A stretch of 64,000 bases of DNA from Azolla caroliniana (lineage: Eukaryota; Plantae; Polypodiophyta): positions 3,782,001 to 3,846,000 of the forward strand of contig JBHGNT010000002.1 of NCBI GenBank assembly GCA_043228905.1, written 5' to 3'. Each line of letters starts with the position of its first letter. The first letter of the stretch is position 1. Shown one piece after another: positions 63,227-64,000 of the stretch. The notes beneath the pieces are model-generated. The model saw only the letters and a list, made by a program, of their open reading frames with translations. It ran no database searches and was not told the DNA's origin. Made by a program: the position numbers and the translations under genes.

Positions 63227-64000
63227 GTAAGTTTCTATAGCCTCTCTTTTGCGCTTTAATGCACATCGTACTTAATTGGGTTTTTGGTAGGAATAAAAAT
63301 GGTCATTTCCATGGGAATGACCTTATCTTGTTTTCATGTTGTTATTTTGGTGGGATTTTATCATTTATTTTGATTTTGTTCTGCCTAGACTCTGATATTT
63401 TTGTTTTTGCTTTGGTGGTAAGAGAGTTCTTTTTCTTTTGTTCTGGTGGAGATAGTACATTTTTGTTTGTTTATTTCTGTGATTTATATAGATAATTTTG
63501 TTTTTTCTTTGGTGGATTATTGTTATTATTATTATTATTTTCTTCAGGGGAAAATGCTTGTGGGTTTCTGTTTTGCTGGAAATATATATATATTTTCTTT
63601 TTTGCAATTATATTGCCCTTTTTTTAAATGAAATATCCGGGTCCTTAGCTGCGAAATCCATCTCATTATGCTAAGAAAAGGAATAAACGAATGTCATAGG
63701 TCGTTTGGGTGCAGAATAGTAAGAGCAAAATTTGGGTCAGAAGTGGGCATGCCAAACTAATAGCCCTGTCATACAGTGGTATAAAAAGTATAGTCTTGAT
63801 ATTAAAGGAAAACAAGGATTCATCAGATTGTTAAAAAAGAACGAAAGAATAATACATGCCATTCATCTTTAATTAAATACTTCGCTGCATTTATTGGAGG
63901 TAATAATCCAATATATGCGATTTCTTTCTATGTGGTAGTCCATAGTAATCTTCTTAAGGTTACATGGTATTGTCTGTGGTTTGAAATGCCATTAAATCAA

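Overview
AT-rich eukaryotic nuclear DNA from a land plant (GT-AG introns, plant-type genes; possibly a seed-free plant such as a fern, which the sequence alone cannot prove). I reconstructed four complete intron-containing genes by hand, and each exon total closes in frame: NC2beta/Dr1 (-), METTL16/FIONA1 (-), a CRT-like plastid transporter CLT (-) and an OTU deubiquitinase with a SEC-C motif (+). The first exon of a PTEN-like phosphatase (+) ends the window. The remainder is a transposon patchwork: a degenerate copia element, a related solo LTR, two degenerate LINE regions, hAT-, Mutator-, Tourist- and TA-TSD MITEs, short tRNA-like SINEs, a 5S-derived element and many microsatellites. The strongest leads are (1) a LINE/SINE set sharing a 3' stem-loop and (TC)n tail and sitting in (TC)n tracts, (2) an apparent CUG start for NC2beta, (3) an internally deleted 5S-like element followed by hairpins, (4) same-polarity MITEs and a MULE-TIR motif at several promoters, and (5) a repeat-expanded CLT N-terminus. 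All homology calls come from remembered motifs, not database searches.
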